A program made the position numbers and the translations under genes. From NCBI GenBank assembly GCA_040377305.1, contig JBEIPA010000001.1, positions 192,001-256,000 on the forward strand: a DNA stretch of 64,000 nt, in the 5' to 3' direction. The DNA comes from Flavobacteriales bacterium (GTDB taxonomy: Bacteria > Bacteroidota > Bacteroidia > Palsa-965). Below are positions 19,710-30,672 of the stretch, piece by piece (within the stretch, counting starts at the first letter, position 1; each line of letters begins with the position of its first letter). A model generated the notes under the pieces. That model saw nothing but the letters and a program-made list of their open reading frames with translations. It made no database searches and was not told where the DNA came from.

Positions 19710-20618
19710 CTACTTTTTACGTTTGAAATTTCCCGGTTTGTTCCTCGGCTTATTTCCGTCGAATTTGCCCTTCGGCTTATCACTTCCCGCCTTACCGGGC
19801 TTATGACCTCCAGGTTTTCCCTTTCCGGATGCACTTCCTTTCGGCTTGCCACTCCACTTGCGGGATTGTGTAACCACCTTCTTCTCCTTACCTGCACTCT
19901 CTTCCGATTTTTCAATCGATTTGAAAATTCCGCGCATCTCATCCGGAGTAAGATCACGCCAGTCACCTTGTGGTAATCCTTTCAAAGTAATGTTCATGAT
20001 ACGCACGCGCTCGAGCTTCACAACTTCGTAACCGAAATACTCGCACATGCGACGAATCTGCCGGTTCAATCCTTGTACAAGTATGATTCGAAAAATATTA
20101 GGTGTCTCTTTTTTGATCACACATTTCTTCGTGCGTTGACCAAGAATCGGCACACCCGCACCCATGCCGCTGATGAAATCGTCCGTGATCGGCTTGTTGA
20201 CCGTTACCACATATTCTTTCTCGTGATTATTCGAAGCACGGAGAATCTTATTCACGATATCACCATCGCTCGTGAGGAAAATTAATCCCTGTGAATCTTT
20301 GTCTAGTCGTCCAATCGGAAAAACGCGACGACTGTGATTAACGAAGTCAATGATGTTCGTGCGATCTCCTAATTCAGTTGTACTCGTCACACCCGGCGGC
20401 TTATTCAGTACAATGTAAATCTGCTGAGACTTCTCCATCGGCTCCAGCGCATTTCCATTGACGTGCACCACATCACCGGGATTAACCTGGTCGCCAATTT
20501 TCGCACGCTTGCCGTTGATCTTGACGTTGCCTTGTTCAATGAATCGATCAGCTTCGCGACGGGAGCAAACTCCAGATTCAGCAATAAACTTATTAAGACG
20601 AACTGCTTGTGACATCAT
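19710..20618 (-). CDS. rluF: 23S rRNA pseudouridine synthase RluF
   Basis: S4 domain [18 protein letters not shown], catalytic [23 protein letters not shown] and a basic tail. Confidence 0.9.
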   Translation of the reverse strand: MMSQAVRLNKFIAESGVCSRREADRFIEQGNVKINGKRAKIGDQVNPGDVVHVNGNALEPMEKSQQIYIVLNKPPGVTSTTELGDRTNIIDFVNHSRRVFPIGRLDKDSQGLIFLTSDGDIVNKILRASNNHEKEYVVTVNKPITDDFISGMGAGVPILGQRTKKCVIKKETPNIFRIILVQGLNRQIRRMCEYFGYEVVKLERVRIMNITLKGLPQGDWRDLTPDEMRGIFKSIEKSEESAGKEKKVVTQSRKWSGKPKGSASGKGKPGGHKPGKAGSDKPKGKFDGNKPRNKPGNFKRKK

Positions 20619-20636
20619 TGCAAAGATACTTCAAAC

Positions 20637-20670
20637 AAAAAGTCCCGACAGCAATGCTATCGGGACTTTT
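20637..20670 (-). terminator. Rho-independent terminator
   Basis: aaaagtcccga / tcgggactttt hairpin downstream of the S8 peptidase. Confidence 0.8.
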
Positions 20671-20687
20671 ATGCATTGGAATGCAAT

Positions 20688-22331
20688 TTATTTCTTCGGT
20701 GTTCCTGATGCCATTTGCACAGCAGCATAAAGGTCCACTACTCCACCTGTTCTGCTGAGTGTTTCGAACTTCCCTGTAATTGCTTTCTTGGCTTCACCTT
20801 TCTTGTTGAATTTGAATTGACCCGGGATGTTGACTTTCTTCTTGGACAACGACTTGTCGGATGAAGTTTCAACAATTCGCTTAATGTCTACTGCAGAAAG
20901 ATTCGGGAAATATGTTTTCAATACCGCACATACTCCTGCAGTCACAGGCGATGCCATTGAAGTTCCGCTAGCGTTTGCATAACCGTTCTCAGGTTTAGTT
21001 GAGTAAATATCAACGCCAGGTGCAAACACATCTACATTGTTCTTACCGTAGTTAGAAAACGGAGCAGGTGAATCTTTTCCAGTTCTCCAGTTGAGTGCAC
21101 CAACTTCAATCCAGTTGGTTGCAACTCCACCATCCAGATATCTTGGATTCGGGAAGTTGTTCGTTTTGTCGTTATTCTTCGCATCATTTCCAGCAGCGTG
21201 AACAAGTAATACACCTTTGCTCTCTGCATATTTAACCGCTTTGTCAACGATTGCTTTGTTGTAACCGTAAGATTTTCCAAAACTCATGTTGATGATCTTC
21301 GCACCATTGTCAACGGCATAAATAATTCCGTTCGCAACATCCTTATCGCGCTCGTCACCATCCGGAACTACGCGAATGCCCATGATCTTCACTGCATTTG
21401 AAACGCCATCAATTCCAAGGTTGTTCCCGCGCTGCGCTGCAATGATTCCTGCAACGTGCGTTCCGTGGAATGCATCTGGTCCTTTGATGTCGGCATTGCC
21501 GTAATACTTCTCTTCCTGGTTTTCGTAGTCATCACCCACAATACTGCGTGGATCATAATCAGTGTTCAAATGATAATCAAGCATGCTGTTGTAAGCTTTT
21601 ACGCCCTCTGCGATCTCAGCATTAAGTGAAGTCCACTCTTCCGCCGATCTTACAACCAATGTCTTCAGCAACAAGTGATACTTGCTGTACATCGGACTCG
21701 CGTTGTGATTCTTGAAATCATCGTACGTCACCGTGTCTTTTCCGGTTCTTGATTTGATTTCATCTTTGAAACCGTCGTTCATTTTCTGGAAACCTACGAT
21801 ATCATCAAGCGTTTTCTTTACTTCATCGTACTTCGCGTTGTAGTCTGTCTGTACAATGATGTAACGTGAAAATTCTGCTGTATCACTTGCAGGAAGATCC
21901 TCACGCGTTTTACCCTTGAATTTTTTCTTCATACGACGATACTCGCGCGTAAGCTCCAGATTATCGTGCTCCACATTTTCTCCGTTCGCACCACCGATGA
22001 AATTCCATCCGTAAATGTCATCTATGTAACCGTTTTTGTCATCATCGATTTTGTTCGCAGGAATTTCGCCCGGGTTGTGCCACATCACGTTCTTGAGATC
22101 TTCGTGATTGTAGTCAACGCCACCGTCAATTACGGCAACAATAATTGTATCGGGAGTTTTTCCGTTCAACAGATCATTGTAAGTCTTCTCAGTTCCAACA
22201 CCGCGTGTTCCGTTGTCTTTGTAAGAAAGATTGAACCAGCTCTTTGGTGCTTCAGTAGGATCACCAGTCTGATAAAATGTTGCGCTTATAGCAAAAGCCG
22301 CAATGGGGATAATCAAAAGAAATTTCTTCAT
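20688..22331 (-). CDS. S8 family subtilisin-like serine peptidase
   Basis: VAVIDGG, HGTHVAG, AAGN and SGTSMASP catalytic motifs; signal peptide. Confidence 0.92.
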   Translation of the reverse strand: MKKFLLIIPIAAFAISATFYQTGDPTEAPKSWFNLSYKDNGTRGVGTEKTYNDLLNGKTPDTIIVAVIDGGVDYNHEDLKNVMWHNPGEIPANKIDDDKNGYIDDIYGWNFIGGANGENVEHDNLELTREYRRMKKKFKGKTREDLPASDTAEFSRYIIVQTDYNAKYDEVKKTLDDIVGFQKMNDGFKDEIKSRTGKDTVTYDDFKNHNASPMYSKYHLLLKTLVVRSAEEWTSLNAEIAEGVKAYNSMLDYHLNTDYDPRSIVGDDYENQEEKYYGNADIKGPDAFHGTHVAGIIAAQRGNNLGIDGVSNAVKIMGIRVVPDGDERDKDVANGIIYAVDNGAKIINMSFGKSYGYNKAIVDKAVKYAESKGVLLVHAAGNDAKNNDKTNNFPNPRYLDGGVATNWIEVGALNWRTGKDSPAPFSNYGKNNVDVFAPGVDIYSTKPENGYANASGTSMASPVTAGVCAVLKTYFPNLSAVDIKRIVETSSDKSLSKKKVNIPGQFKFNKKGEAKKAITGKFETLSRTGGVVDLYAAVQMASGTPKK

Positions 22332-22485
22332 TGGAAATTTTTATTTACGTGTCAAAAGTAAGTATTTGAGAGGGAGAATAAACCCCAAAAATGGTGAAGA
22401 TGACGGACGGTAGTGGTACCGGATGATCAGCGAAAATCAGTCGGGAACGGTCGGCTTTTACACCGAAATCCGTAGCTCAAGCTTC

Positions 22486-22596
22486 TTAAATCAGAATCAG
22501 AATTCCCACCACCGCGGTAATCAAAATCGTGGTCCAGAATGTGTAAATCTGAATACTCTCAACCGAGTTGAAGCGAGGAAAAAGCCTTTTCAGCAT
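22486..22596 (-). CDS. Putative 36-aa single-TM small protein (below the ORF-track cutoff)
   Basis: Hand translation gives MLKRLFPRFNSVESIQIYTFWTTILITAVVGILILI*, with a basic N-terminus and a hydrophobic C-terminal helix, in an otherwise empty 440-bp gap. Confidence 0.5.
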   Translation of the reverse strand: MLKRLFPRFNSVESIQIYTFWTTILITAVVGILILI

Positions 22597-22719
22597 GCGT
22601 ACAGGGGTGTGATAAATGTATTGCCGGTACAATTATAGGGCGATTTTGAGCCATATACCAGACAATTTCGATGAAGCACACAGCGAAACCCACGAAATTC
22701 ATGCCGGACAAGACAAAGC

Positions 22720-22758
22720 AAAAAGTCCCTTCGGGCCGCAGCCTAAAGGGACTTTTTA
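22720..22758 (-). terminator. Rho-independent terminator
   Basis: aaaaagtccctt / aagggacttttt hairpin after the acyl-CoA dehydrogenase. Confidence 0.8.
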
Positions 22759-22775
22759 CCGTATCAAGTATCTGT

Positions 22776-23917
22776 TTATTCTTTGATAATCTCCCGTGCG
22801 ATCACCATTTTCTGAATTTCTGAAGTTCCCTCGCCGATCGTACACAGCTTGGAATCGCGGTAAAACTTCTCTGCCGGGAAGTCTTTTGTGTATCCGTAAC
22901 CACCGAAAATCTGAACACCTTCTGTAGCCACACGCACACAAACTTCAGATGCGTAATACTTCGCGAACGCCGATGCTTTGGTCACTTTCTCTCCACGATT
23001 CTTGAGATCTGCAGCCTTCATGGTCAAAAGCTCAGCAGCATCAATTTCCGTTGCCATATCAGCCAACTTGAAAGCAATTGCCTGGAAATGAGAAATTGGT
23101 TTGCCGAATTGCTGTCGCTCTTTCGAATACTGCAACGCGGCTTCGTATGCTCCGCGCGCAATTCCCAATGATACGGCTGCGATAGAAATACGTCCGCCAT
23201 CAAGAACTTTCATCGCCTGAACAAATCCTTCACCAACTTTTCCGAGAATCTGGCTCTTATGTACACGGCAATCTGTAAACACCAACTCGGCTGTTTCAGA
23301 TGCACGCATCCCAAGCTTATTCTCCTTCTTCCCTGGTGCAAATCCTTTCGTGCCCTTCTCAATAATGAAAGCGGTTGTAGAATTAGACGCACCCTTTTCT
23401 CCGGTACGTACAATCACAACTGCAACATCACCGGAAATCGCGTGGGTGATAAAATTCTTTGATCCGTTGATAATGTAATCATCTCCGTCAGGCACTGCTG
23501 TGGTTAACATTCCACCAGCATCTGAACCTGTATTCTGTTCCGTGAGCCCCAGGCGCCAATCCACTCACCAGTAGCAAGCTTCGGCAAATATTTTTTCTTC
23601 TGCTCTTCGTTTCCGAATGCAAGAATGTGACCTGTACAAAGGGAATTGTGTGCAGCTACTGACAGGCAAATTGATCCGCAGATCTTACCGATTTCAGTCA
23701 GCGCAGTTACGTATTCGAAATATCCGAAACCCGCTCCACCGTACTCCGGCGGAACCAGAACTCCAAGCAACCCAAGATCGCCGAGCTTCTTCATCACCTC
23801 CACAGGAAACTCTTGCGATTCATCCCACTCCATCAATTTCGGACGAATATGTTCTGCGCCGAATTTGCGGATCATTTCAGCAATCATTACTTGATTCTCA
23901 TTCTGTTTGAACTCCAT
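22776..23917 (-). pseudogene. Acyl-CoA dehydrogenase split by a 1-nt deletion (real pseudogene or sequencing error)
   Basis: ORF 23504..23917 ends ..ATGEWIGAWG and ORF 22776..23564 continues GLTEQNTGSDAG; the junction is a G4 run (cccc at 23547-23550). Confidence 0.85.
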
Positions 23918-24004
23918 AGGGAAAAGTGTGTTTTTCGGAGGTCAAAAATAACAGAAAAAAGGGATGAGGAATCGGTAATACCGGATGAGTGACAAGAAAA
24001 AGGA

Positions 24005-24526
24005 TTAATCTCTCAACAAACTCACAATTTCATTGGAATAAGCGGTCAGCACTTCGCGCCCCTTGAGAAAATCCAACTCAACTACAAACGAAAACGCCGC
24101 AACAGTTCCACCTTGAAGCTCCACAAGCTTAGCAGCAGCAACAGCCGTTCCTCCTGTTGCAAGAAGATCGTCGTGAATCATTACGTTCCAGCCTGCTTTC
24201 ACCGCATCCTCATGCATTTCAATGCGCGCGGTTCCGTATTCCAAAGCGTAATCAATTCCAACAGTTTTCCAAGGAAGCTTTCCTGATTTACGTATCGGAA
24301 TAAATGGAACGCCCATTTTCAAGGCCAACGCATAGCCAAACAGAAATCCACGGCTTTCAATTCCGGCAATCGCATCAATCTTTTTGTTTAAGAAATGATT
24401 TGCGAATTCATCAACAATTGCAACACCGATTTTGGCATCGTGCAAAAGCGGAGTTACGTCTTTGAACATAATTCCTTTCTTCGGGAAGTCGGGAACGAGG
24501 CGAATTGCGTTGCGAATGAGATCCAT
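24005..24526 (-). CDS. apt: Adenine phosphoribosyltransferase
   Basis: PDFPKKGIMFKD, ESRGF, YALEYG and HDDLLATGGT motifs. Confidence 0.95.
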   Translation of the reverse strand: MDLIRNAIRLVPDFPKKGIMFKDVTPLLHDAKIGVAIVDEFANHFLNKKIDAIAGIESRGFLFGYALALKMGVPFIPIRKSGKLPWKTVGIDYALEYGTARIEMHEDAVKAGWNVMIHDDLLATGGTAVAAAKLVELQGGTVAAFSFVVELDFLKGREVLTAYSNEIVSLLRD

Positions 24527-25425
24527 TAAAGCGTGAGGTAAGGAGAAAGTTTATCGTAGAGATCTTGCGTAATCAATTTACACTGCATGATATCGCTGAG
24601 CTGCTTAAAATTGCCGTGTTGTTTTCTGTAGTTCACCAATGCGCCAGCCACCGTTGGTGTGAAATAAGGATGTTTCTTCAGTTCCGAAACTGTGGCTGTG
24701 TTTACACTCAACTTTGTGACGTACGACGGATCACACGTGAATGAAGACTCTATCTCCGTGTACTTCGTCTGATCAATTCCATAAACTTCCATTAACTGTT
24801 CTTTGGAATGAAATCCTCCAAGTCGAAAACGATAATCCACAATTCGTTTTGCAACAGATGGCCAGATTCCCCACACCTTGACTAGCTCGGTCGTATCAGC
24901 CGTATTCAACTCCATGATAACTTTTGGCTTTTCCTTCTTCACGAAAGTGTTAGAGCTGTCGCGCGGAATCACAATGTATTGCTCCAACTCATTGTATTTC
25001 TCCGGTGAAATCACGTAGAGCTTCTTTACATCATCTTTCGATTTGAAGTTTCCACCCTTCGCTTCAAAATTTTTCACCGACTGCGCTTGCTTCGGAGTAA
25101 GTCCGAGACGTACCCAATCACTTTCGGCAAGTCCGTTCGGATTAAACAGAAACAATTCATTCTGCTGATACACTGATCGCTGACCAGCCATGAAAGCAAC
25201 CTCCACCTCCACTTTCTCGGCAAACACTTTCACAGCCTCACCTTCTTCGGCCTTATTCAGTTGCTCGTAATATTCAGCCGGAATTTCAGTCGGTACAGAT
25301 GCTGGCTCAAACAAAGCGGGCTTCAAAACGAGATAGGCAATTACACCCACCAGCAAAAAGCACAACACGCCAATGCCGTTCCGCTCTTGCTTTGTAAATG
25401 AGAATAATTCCTTCCAGTTTTTCAT
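24526..25425 (-). CDS. ComEA-like helix-hairpin-helix DNA-binding membrane protein
   Basis: N-terminal TM; repeated LNTAD..L / VNTATVSEL HhH units and RLGGF motif. Confidence 0.85.
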   Translation of the reverse strand: MKNWKELFSFTKQERNGIGVLCFLLVGVIAYLVLKPALFEPASVPTEIPAEYYEQLNKAEEGEAVKVFAEKVEVEVAFMAGQRSVYQQNELFLFNPNGLAESDWVRLGLTPKQAQSVKNFEAKGGNFKSKDDVKKLYVISPEKYNELEQYIVIPRDSSNTFVKKEKPKVIMELNTADTTELVKVWGIWPSVAKRIVDYRFRLGGFHSKEQLMEVYGIDQTKYTEIESSFTCDPSYVTKLSVNTATVSELKKHPYFTPTVAGALVNYRKQHGNFKQLSDIMQCKLITQDLYDKLSPYLTL

Positions 25426-26909
25426 TACTGCTGAATGGCTTTCTTGTCGATTACGTTTTTCAGGAAGTAATAAATCGGAACACCGAGTCCGACAAGAATT
25501 AATCCTGCAACGGAGTTTCGCGTATCCATGAATATCAAGTCAATGCAAATCGCAGATGCAACAATGATGTACAACGCAGGCACAATCGGGTAACCGAGCG
25601 CTTTATAAGGTCGTGGTGCATCGGGCTCTTTCTTTCTCAGCACAAACAATCCTGCGATGGTCACACAATAGAAAATCAGTGACGCGAACGTTGCATACGA
25701 AAGCAGATCTCCATACTTGCCGGAGAAGCACAAAGCACACGCCCATATTGCTTGTATCCATAACGCAAATGCCGGCACACCGTTTTCGTTGAGCTTACCA
25801 GCGCGTGGAAAAAACAATCCGTCTTTCGACATTGCGTAAAACAATCTTCCGCCCGCGAGAATAATTCCGTTGTTGCAACCGAATGTTGAAACCATGATGA
25901 GGACAGCCATCATTATAGAAGCAGATGATCCGAAAATCATATACGCAGCGGAAGAACCTATACGATCATTTTCTGCATGTTGAATTCCCTGCGTGACAAT
26001 ATCATTTCTCGTGATTTCTGCACCCGGCAATATATTCACAGGATCGCCTTCGAGTGGGAGCAAAGAGAGATAAGCAAGATTGGCAAGCAGGTATAATACG
26101 GTTACAATTGCAGTTCCCAGAATGAGGCTTCGTGGAATATTTTTCGCCGGTTCTTTAATTTCTCCTGCGATGAATGTCACGTTATTCCATGCGTCGCTGG
26201 AGAAAAGTGAATTGATCATCGTGAAACCAAGCACCATCATCAGACCGATTCCTGCTAATGGAGAATTGGTGGTGGTGCCGTCATCCGCAACTTCTGTGCG
26301 CGAAGCAGTCCACGAATCAGTAAAATTAAGATCGAGTACATCCGTGCTGAATCCTACATACAATCCCAGTACAATCAACGCCAGAAGTGCCAGCAATTTC
26401 GCAGAAGTAAAAATCTTCGCTACCCACGCTCCTCCTTCTACTCCACGTGTGTTCCACATGGTCAGCAAAAGGATCAACCCGACGGCAACAAGATGTGCTC
26501 TGGTAATTTTCAACCAACCCGCTTCAACGATGATATGTTTCGAACTGAGTGCAGGAATTAATTCCGAAGTATAATTCGCGAACGCAATAGCTACTGCCGC
26601 AATCACTCCGGTCTGAATTACACTGAATACTGTCCATCCGTACAGAAACGCAGTCAACCTTCCGAATGCGCGACGAATGTAAACGTATTGCCCTCCCGCT
26701 TCCGGCATCATGCCTGCGAGCTCTCCGTAACTCAACGCCGCTGCGAGTGTAATTACTCCGCTGATGATCCACGCAAGCATGAGCCATCCTGCAGAGCCAA
26801 CGTCGCGCGACATTTGCGCACTCACGAGAAATATTCCGGAACCAATCATGGAACCCGCAACAATCGAAGTGGCGTCAATTAATCCTAAACGTTGTTTGAA
26901 TCCAGACAT
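25425..26909 (-). CDS. APC family amino acid permease
   Basis: GSMIGSGIF, AGGQYVY and SSDAWNN motifs; about 12 TMs. Confidence 0.9.
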   Translation of the reverse strand: MSGFKQRLGLIDATSIVAGSMIGSGIFLVSAQMSRDVGSAGWLMLAWIISGVITLAAALSYGELAGMMPEAGGQYVYIRRAFGRLTAFLYGWTVFSVIQTGVIAAVAIAFANYTSELIPALSSKHIIVEAGWLKITRAHLVAVGLILLLTMWNTRGVEGGAWVAKIFTSAKLLALLALIVLGLYVGFSTDVLDLNFTDSWTASRTEVADDGTTTNSPLAGIGLMMVLGFTMINSLFSSDAWNNVTFIAGEIKEPAKNIPRSLILGTAIVTVLYLLANLAYLSLLPLEGDPVNILPGAEITRNDIVTQGIQHAENDRIGSSAAYMIFGSSASIMMAVLIMVSTFGCNNGIILAGGRLFYAMSKDGLFFPRAGKLNENGVPAFALWIQAIWACALCFSGKYGDLLSYATFASLIFYCVTIAGLFVLRKKEPDAPRPYKALGYPIVPALYIIVASAICIDLIFMDTRNSVAGLILVGLGVPIYYFLKNVIDKKAIQQ

Positions 26910-26951
26910 AAAAAAGGGCGGGAGTTACCCGCCCGATATAAGAAGCTTAAA

Positions 26952-28532
26952 TTAATTGCCTTTGTTGAGCTTGCTGTTCTTCTTTCCGTAGAGGAAATAA
27001 ATAACAAGACCAGCTGCCATCCAATAACCTGCGACTTTCAGTGTTTGTACATCAAGTGCCACAATCATCATAAGGCAGATCGCCGCACCAAGAATCGAAA
27101 CAACAGGTGCCATGGGTGTACGGAAAGGACGTTCCATGTCTGGTTTCTTCACACGAAGAACCCAGATGCCGATGCAAACAAGTACGAATGCGAACAGTGT
27201 TCCGAACGATGTAAGATCGCCTGCGACACTTCCCGGTACAAAAGCAGCGAACAACCCAACCATTACGAAAAGGATCATGTTTGCTTTGTAAGGTGTTTTG
27301 TATTTCGGATGCAGTTCACCGAATGCTTTTGGAATCAAACCATCTGTACTCATGTTGTAGAATACACGGCTCTGACCCATCAACATCACCAGAATTACAG
27401 AAGAGAATCCTGCGAGAATTGCAATCGTCACAGCTGTGCCCAACCACGCATAACCAGTCATGTACGTGTTAATCGCATAAGCTACTGATGCTTCTTTACC
27501 TGCAGTTGCAAATTCCTGATAAGGAGCAACGCCTGTCAATACGTGTCCGAAGAGAATGTAAAGTACAGTACACACAGCAAGTGATCCAAGAATTCCGATC
27601 GGCATATCGCGCTTCGGATTTTTCGCTTCCTGCGCAGCTGTACTTACCGCATCAAAACCAATGAAGGCGAAGAACACAATTGCTGCTCCTCCAAGTACAC
27701 CGCCCCAGCCATGTTTGAATACACCTTCGTGTCCAGCAACGCCTTCCGGAATCAGATACGGCGTGTGGTTTTCAGAATTAATGAAGCCCCAACCGATTGC
27801 GATGAACACAAGAACGATTGCAACTTTGATGAAAACGATAATACCATTCACAATCGCCGACTCCTGAGTTCCTTTGATCAGAAGCAACGTGAGTAAGAAA
27901 AGAATTACAAGTGCAGGTGCGTTCATCATTCCGCTTGTCTGATTAACTGTTCCCTGAAGAGCTGCTGGCAAATGCGTGAACTGATCTTCAGAAAGAAGAA
28001 GGACCCCATCTTTTACACCTTTTACAGTTTCAGGCAATGCGGTATTGATTGCAGTTATAGCATCGCCGCTTACTTTATATAAAGTTTCAAAAGGAGAGTG
28101 ACACCATTCATACGGTATGCCGCCGCCTAAGAGATTATTCAGATATTCACTCCACGCAATTGAGACAGTCGCTGCACCCAGTGCGTATTCCATAATCAAA
28201 GCCCAACCGATAATCCATGCAACGAGCTCACCCATGGTAACGTATGTATATGCATACGCGCTACCGGAAATCGGCATCATCGCAGCAAACTCCGCATAAC
28301 ACAGGCCCGCAAAAGCACAACCAATAGCAGCAACAATGAATGACAACGTTACACCTGAACCCGCAGCTTCCGAAGCTGCAGCAGCAGTTCGAACGAAAAG
28401 TCCGGCCCCAATAATAGCACCGATACCCAATGCAACCAGGCTCCATGCCGTTAACGTGCGTTTCATTCCCTTCTCGTTGTCAGCAGCCTGCGCGAGCATG
28501 ACTTCAATAGATTTCTTCCTGAATAAGCTCAT
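26952..28532 (-). CDS. APC family (cationic) amino acid permease
   Basis: GIGAIIGAG, GSAYAY and FFAFIGFDAVSTAAQEAKNP motifs. Confidence 0.92.
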   Translation of the reverse strand: MSLFRKKSIEVMLAQAADNEKGMKRTLTAWSLVALGIGAIIGAGLFVRTAAAASEAAGSGVTLSFIVAAIGCAFAGLCYAEFAAMMPISGSAYAYTYVTMGELVAWIIGWALIMEYALGAATVSIAWSEYLNNLLGGGIPYEWCHSPFETLYKVSGDAITAINTALPETVKGVKDGVLLLSEDQFTHLPAALQGTVNQTSGMMNAPALVILFLLTLLLIKGTQESAIVNGIIVFIKVAIVLVFIAIGWGFINSENHTPYLIPEGVAGHEGVFKHGWGGVLGGAAIVFFAFIGFDAVSTAAQEAKNPKRDMPIGILGSLAVCTVLYILFGHVLTGVAPYQEFATAGKEASVAYAINTYMTGYAWLGTAVTIAILAGFSSVILVMLMGQSRVFYNMSTDGLIPKAFGELHPKYKTPYKANMILFVMVGLFAAFVPGSVAGDLTSFGTLFAFVLVCIGIWVLRVKKPDMERPFRTPMAPVVSILGAAICLMMIVALDVQTLKVAGYWMAAGLVIYFLYGKKNSKLNKGN

Positions 28533-28616
28533 AGATTTTATCTCGTTTTGTGAAAAGTAAGAATCACCAAATATAACAAAACCGACATACCGGAATTCCG
28601 TAATTTGCGGTCAATT

Positions 28617-29906
28617 ATGATGATTCTGCTGGTTTTTATCATTGGATATATTGCGATCACTTTGGAGCATCCGTTGAGGATGAATAAGGCTGCAACTGCT
28701 TTATTAACAGGTGCTCTCTGCTGGACGATTTACTGCATCGGCGACACAAGTCATTCCGCCGCTGAATCGCTCACGCATCATATTTCCGACATTGCCGGTA
28801 TTCTCTTCTTTCTTCTTGGAGCGATGACAATTGTTGAACTCATCGACGCGCATGAAGGATTTGAAATCATTACAACCAGAATCACCACATTATCCAGACG
28901 CCGCCTGCTCATTATAGTTGCTATTGTCTCGTTCGTTTTATCAGCCTTACTGGATAATCTTACGACTTCAATCGTCATGGTTTCACTGGTGAGAAAATTG
29001 GTTCGCGACGAAAAGGACAGGTGGCTTTTTGCGGGCGTTCTCATCATCGCAGCGAATGCTGGAGGTGCGTGGTCGCCAATCGGCGATGTAACTACAACCA
29101 TGTTATGGGTGGGCAACCAGATTTCCAGTATCGCGATTATGAAAAGTCTGATACTGCCCTCACTTGTTTGTCTGGCAGTTCCACTGGTGATCATGGCGTG
29201 GAGAATGAAGGGTAAGTTCGAACGACCTGAATCATTAAATGAGGCGAAAACAATTCCCGCATCACCCGGTGATCGGTATATCGTATTCTTTACAGGAGTT
29301 CTTGTGTTGTTTATGGTACCGGTATTCAAAGCCGTAACCGGTTTACCGCCGTTCATGGGCATACTCTTCGGAGTTGGTATACTTTGGTTAGTTACCGAAA
29401 TCATTCACAAGAAAAAGAATGACGATCATAGAAACGTGTTGTCTGTCGCAGGTGCATTACAGCGGATTGATACTCCTAGCATCTTGTTCTTCCTGGGAAT
29501 TCTTCTCTCGATTAGCGCACTTGATTCAGCCGGATTTCTCACCACACTTTCCGGATGGATGGATGCGAAATTCGAAAGCACAAATACAATCAACATCATG
29601 ATTGGTCTAGCCTCTGCAGTGGTTGATAACGTACCATTAGTTGCCGCCGCCCAGGGAATGTATCCCTTAACGAACGACCCACTTGCATTGGAACAAGTCC
29701 GTGCGTTTTCAACCGATCATACGTTCTGGCACTTTCTTGCTTACTGCGCGGGCACCGGTGGAAGTATCTTAATCATCGGCTCTGCAGCTGGCGTTGCAGT
29801 AATGGGTATAGAGAAAATCAGTTTCTTCTGGTACCTGAAAAAAATCTCGCTGCCTGCACTTGCCGGATACTTAGCCGGCGCTATGGTTTACATTGCAATG
29901 AATTGA
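28617..29906 (+). CDS. nhaD: Na+/H+ antiporter NhaD
   Basis: FLLGAMTIVELID, LDNLTT, ANAGGAWSPIGDVTT, VDNVPL and GTGGS motifs. Confidence 0.9.
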   Translation: MMILLVFIIGYIAITLEHPLRMNKAATALLTGALCWTIYCIGDTSHSAAESLTHHISDIAGILFFLLGAMTIVELIDAHEGFEIITTRITTLSRRRLLIIVAIVSFVLSALLDNLTTSIVMVSLVRKLVRDEKDRWLFAGVLIIAANAGGAWSPIGDVTTTMLWVGNQISSIAIMKSLILPSLVCLAVPLVIMAWRMKGKFERPESLNEAKTIPASPGDRYIVFFTGVLVLFMVPVFKAVTGLPPFMGILFGVGILWLVTEIIHKKKNDDHRNVLSVAGALQRIDTPSILFFLGILLSISALDSAGFLTTLSGWMDAKFESTNTINIMIGLASAVVDNVPLVAAAQGMYPLTNDPLALEQVRAFSTDHTFWHFLAYCAGTGGSILIIGSAAGVAVMGIEKISFFWYLKKISLPALAGYLAGAMVYIAMN

Positions 29907-29907
29907 C

Positions 29908-30603
29908 ATGGCTAAGAAGCATCAGTTCAATGTTGGTGAATACATCGAAGCAATTGAAGGTGAATTCTCACGACACGCAAATCCAAAACGTGCTGCCGGA
30001 TCAAAAGCCTACGTTCGTGAGCAATTTGAATTTTACGGATTAACAGCACCTGAACGTCGCGAAGTACAGAAGGTGTTTCACGAAGATGTAGCACTTCCTC
30101 CATTCGAATATATTCCGGAAATCACCAAACTTCTTTGGAATAAACCGCAACGCGAATTGCAATACTTCGCCATGGAATTGTACGGGAAGTACAAGAAGCA
30201 GTTCACCAAAAAAGATGTTCCGGTTTTCGAGTACATGATTCAAAATAAAAGCTGGTGGGAAACGGTAGATTTCATTTCACCGAAACTCATTGCCGCTTTA
30301 CACCTCAAACATCCGGAACTGCAGGAAGAAAACTGCAAACGGTGGATGAAGTCAAATCACCTGTGGCTCATGCGGGCTGCGATCATTCATCAGCTCCTTT
30401 ACAAAACAAAGACCAATGAAAAATTGCTCTTCTCGTTGATTCTGCAGTGTGCTGATCATCCGGATTTTTTTATCCGCAAAGCGATAGGATGGTCGCTCCG
30501 ACAATATGCGCGGACAAATCCAGCTTCGGTAAAATCATTCCTCAAGCGGCATAAGGAGCAACTCAGCCCGCTGAGTTACAAAGAAGCAACGAAACACCTG
30601 TAG
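29908..30603 (+). CDS. DNA alkylation repair protein (AlkD-like)
   Basis: KSWWETVD and FFIRKAIGWSLRQY motifs. Confidence 0.88.
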   Translation: MAKKHQFNVGEYIEAIEGEFSRHANPKRAAGSKAYVREQFEFYGLTAPERREVQKVFHEDVALPPFEYIPEITKLLWNKPQRELQYFAMELYGKYKKQFTKKDVPVFEYMIQNKSWWETVDFISPKLIAALHLKHPELQEENCKRWMKSNHLWLMRAAIIHQLLYKTKTNEKLLFSLILQCADHPDFFIRKAIGWSLRQYARTNPASVKSFLKRHKEQLSPLSYKEATKHL

Positions 30604-30672
30604 CCCTATCTGTTCTTACATTCCTGATTCTTCTCAGGAGACAACCTCCACCTCTTATATTATCTTTACCAC

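Noticed and set aside
23540-23560. Programmed ribosomal frameshift in the acyl-CoA dehydrogenase
   Set aside because: No X XXY YYZ slippery heptamer or evident stimulatory structure; a homopolymer indel is the simpler explanation.
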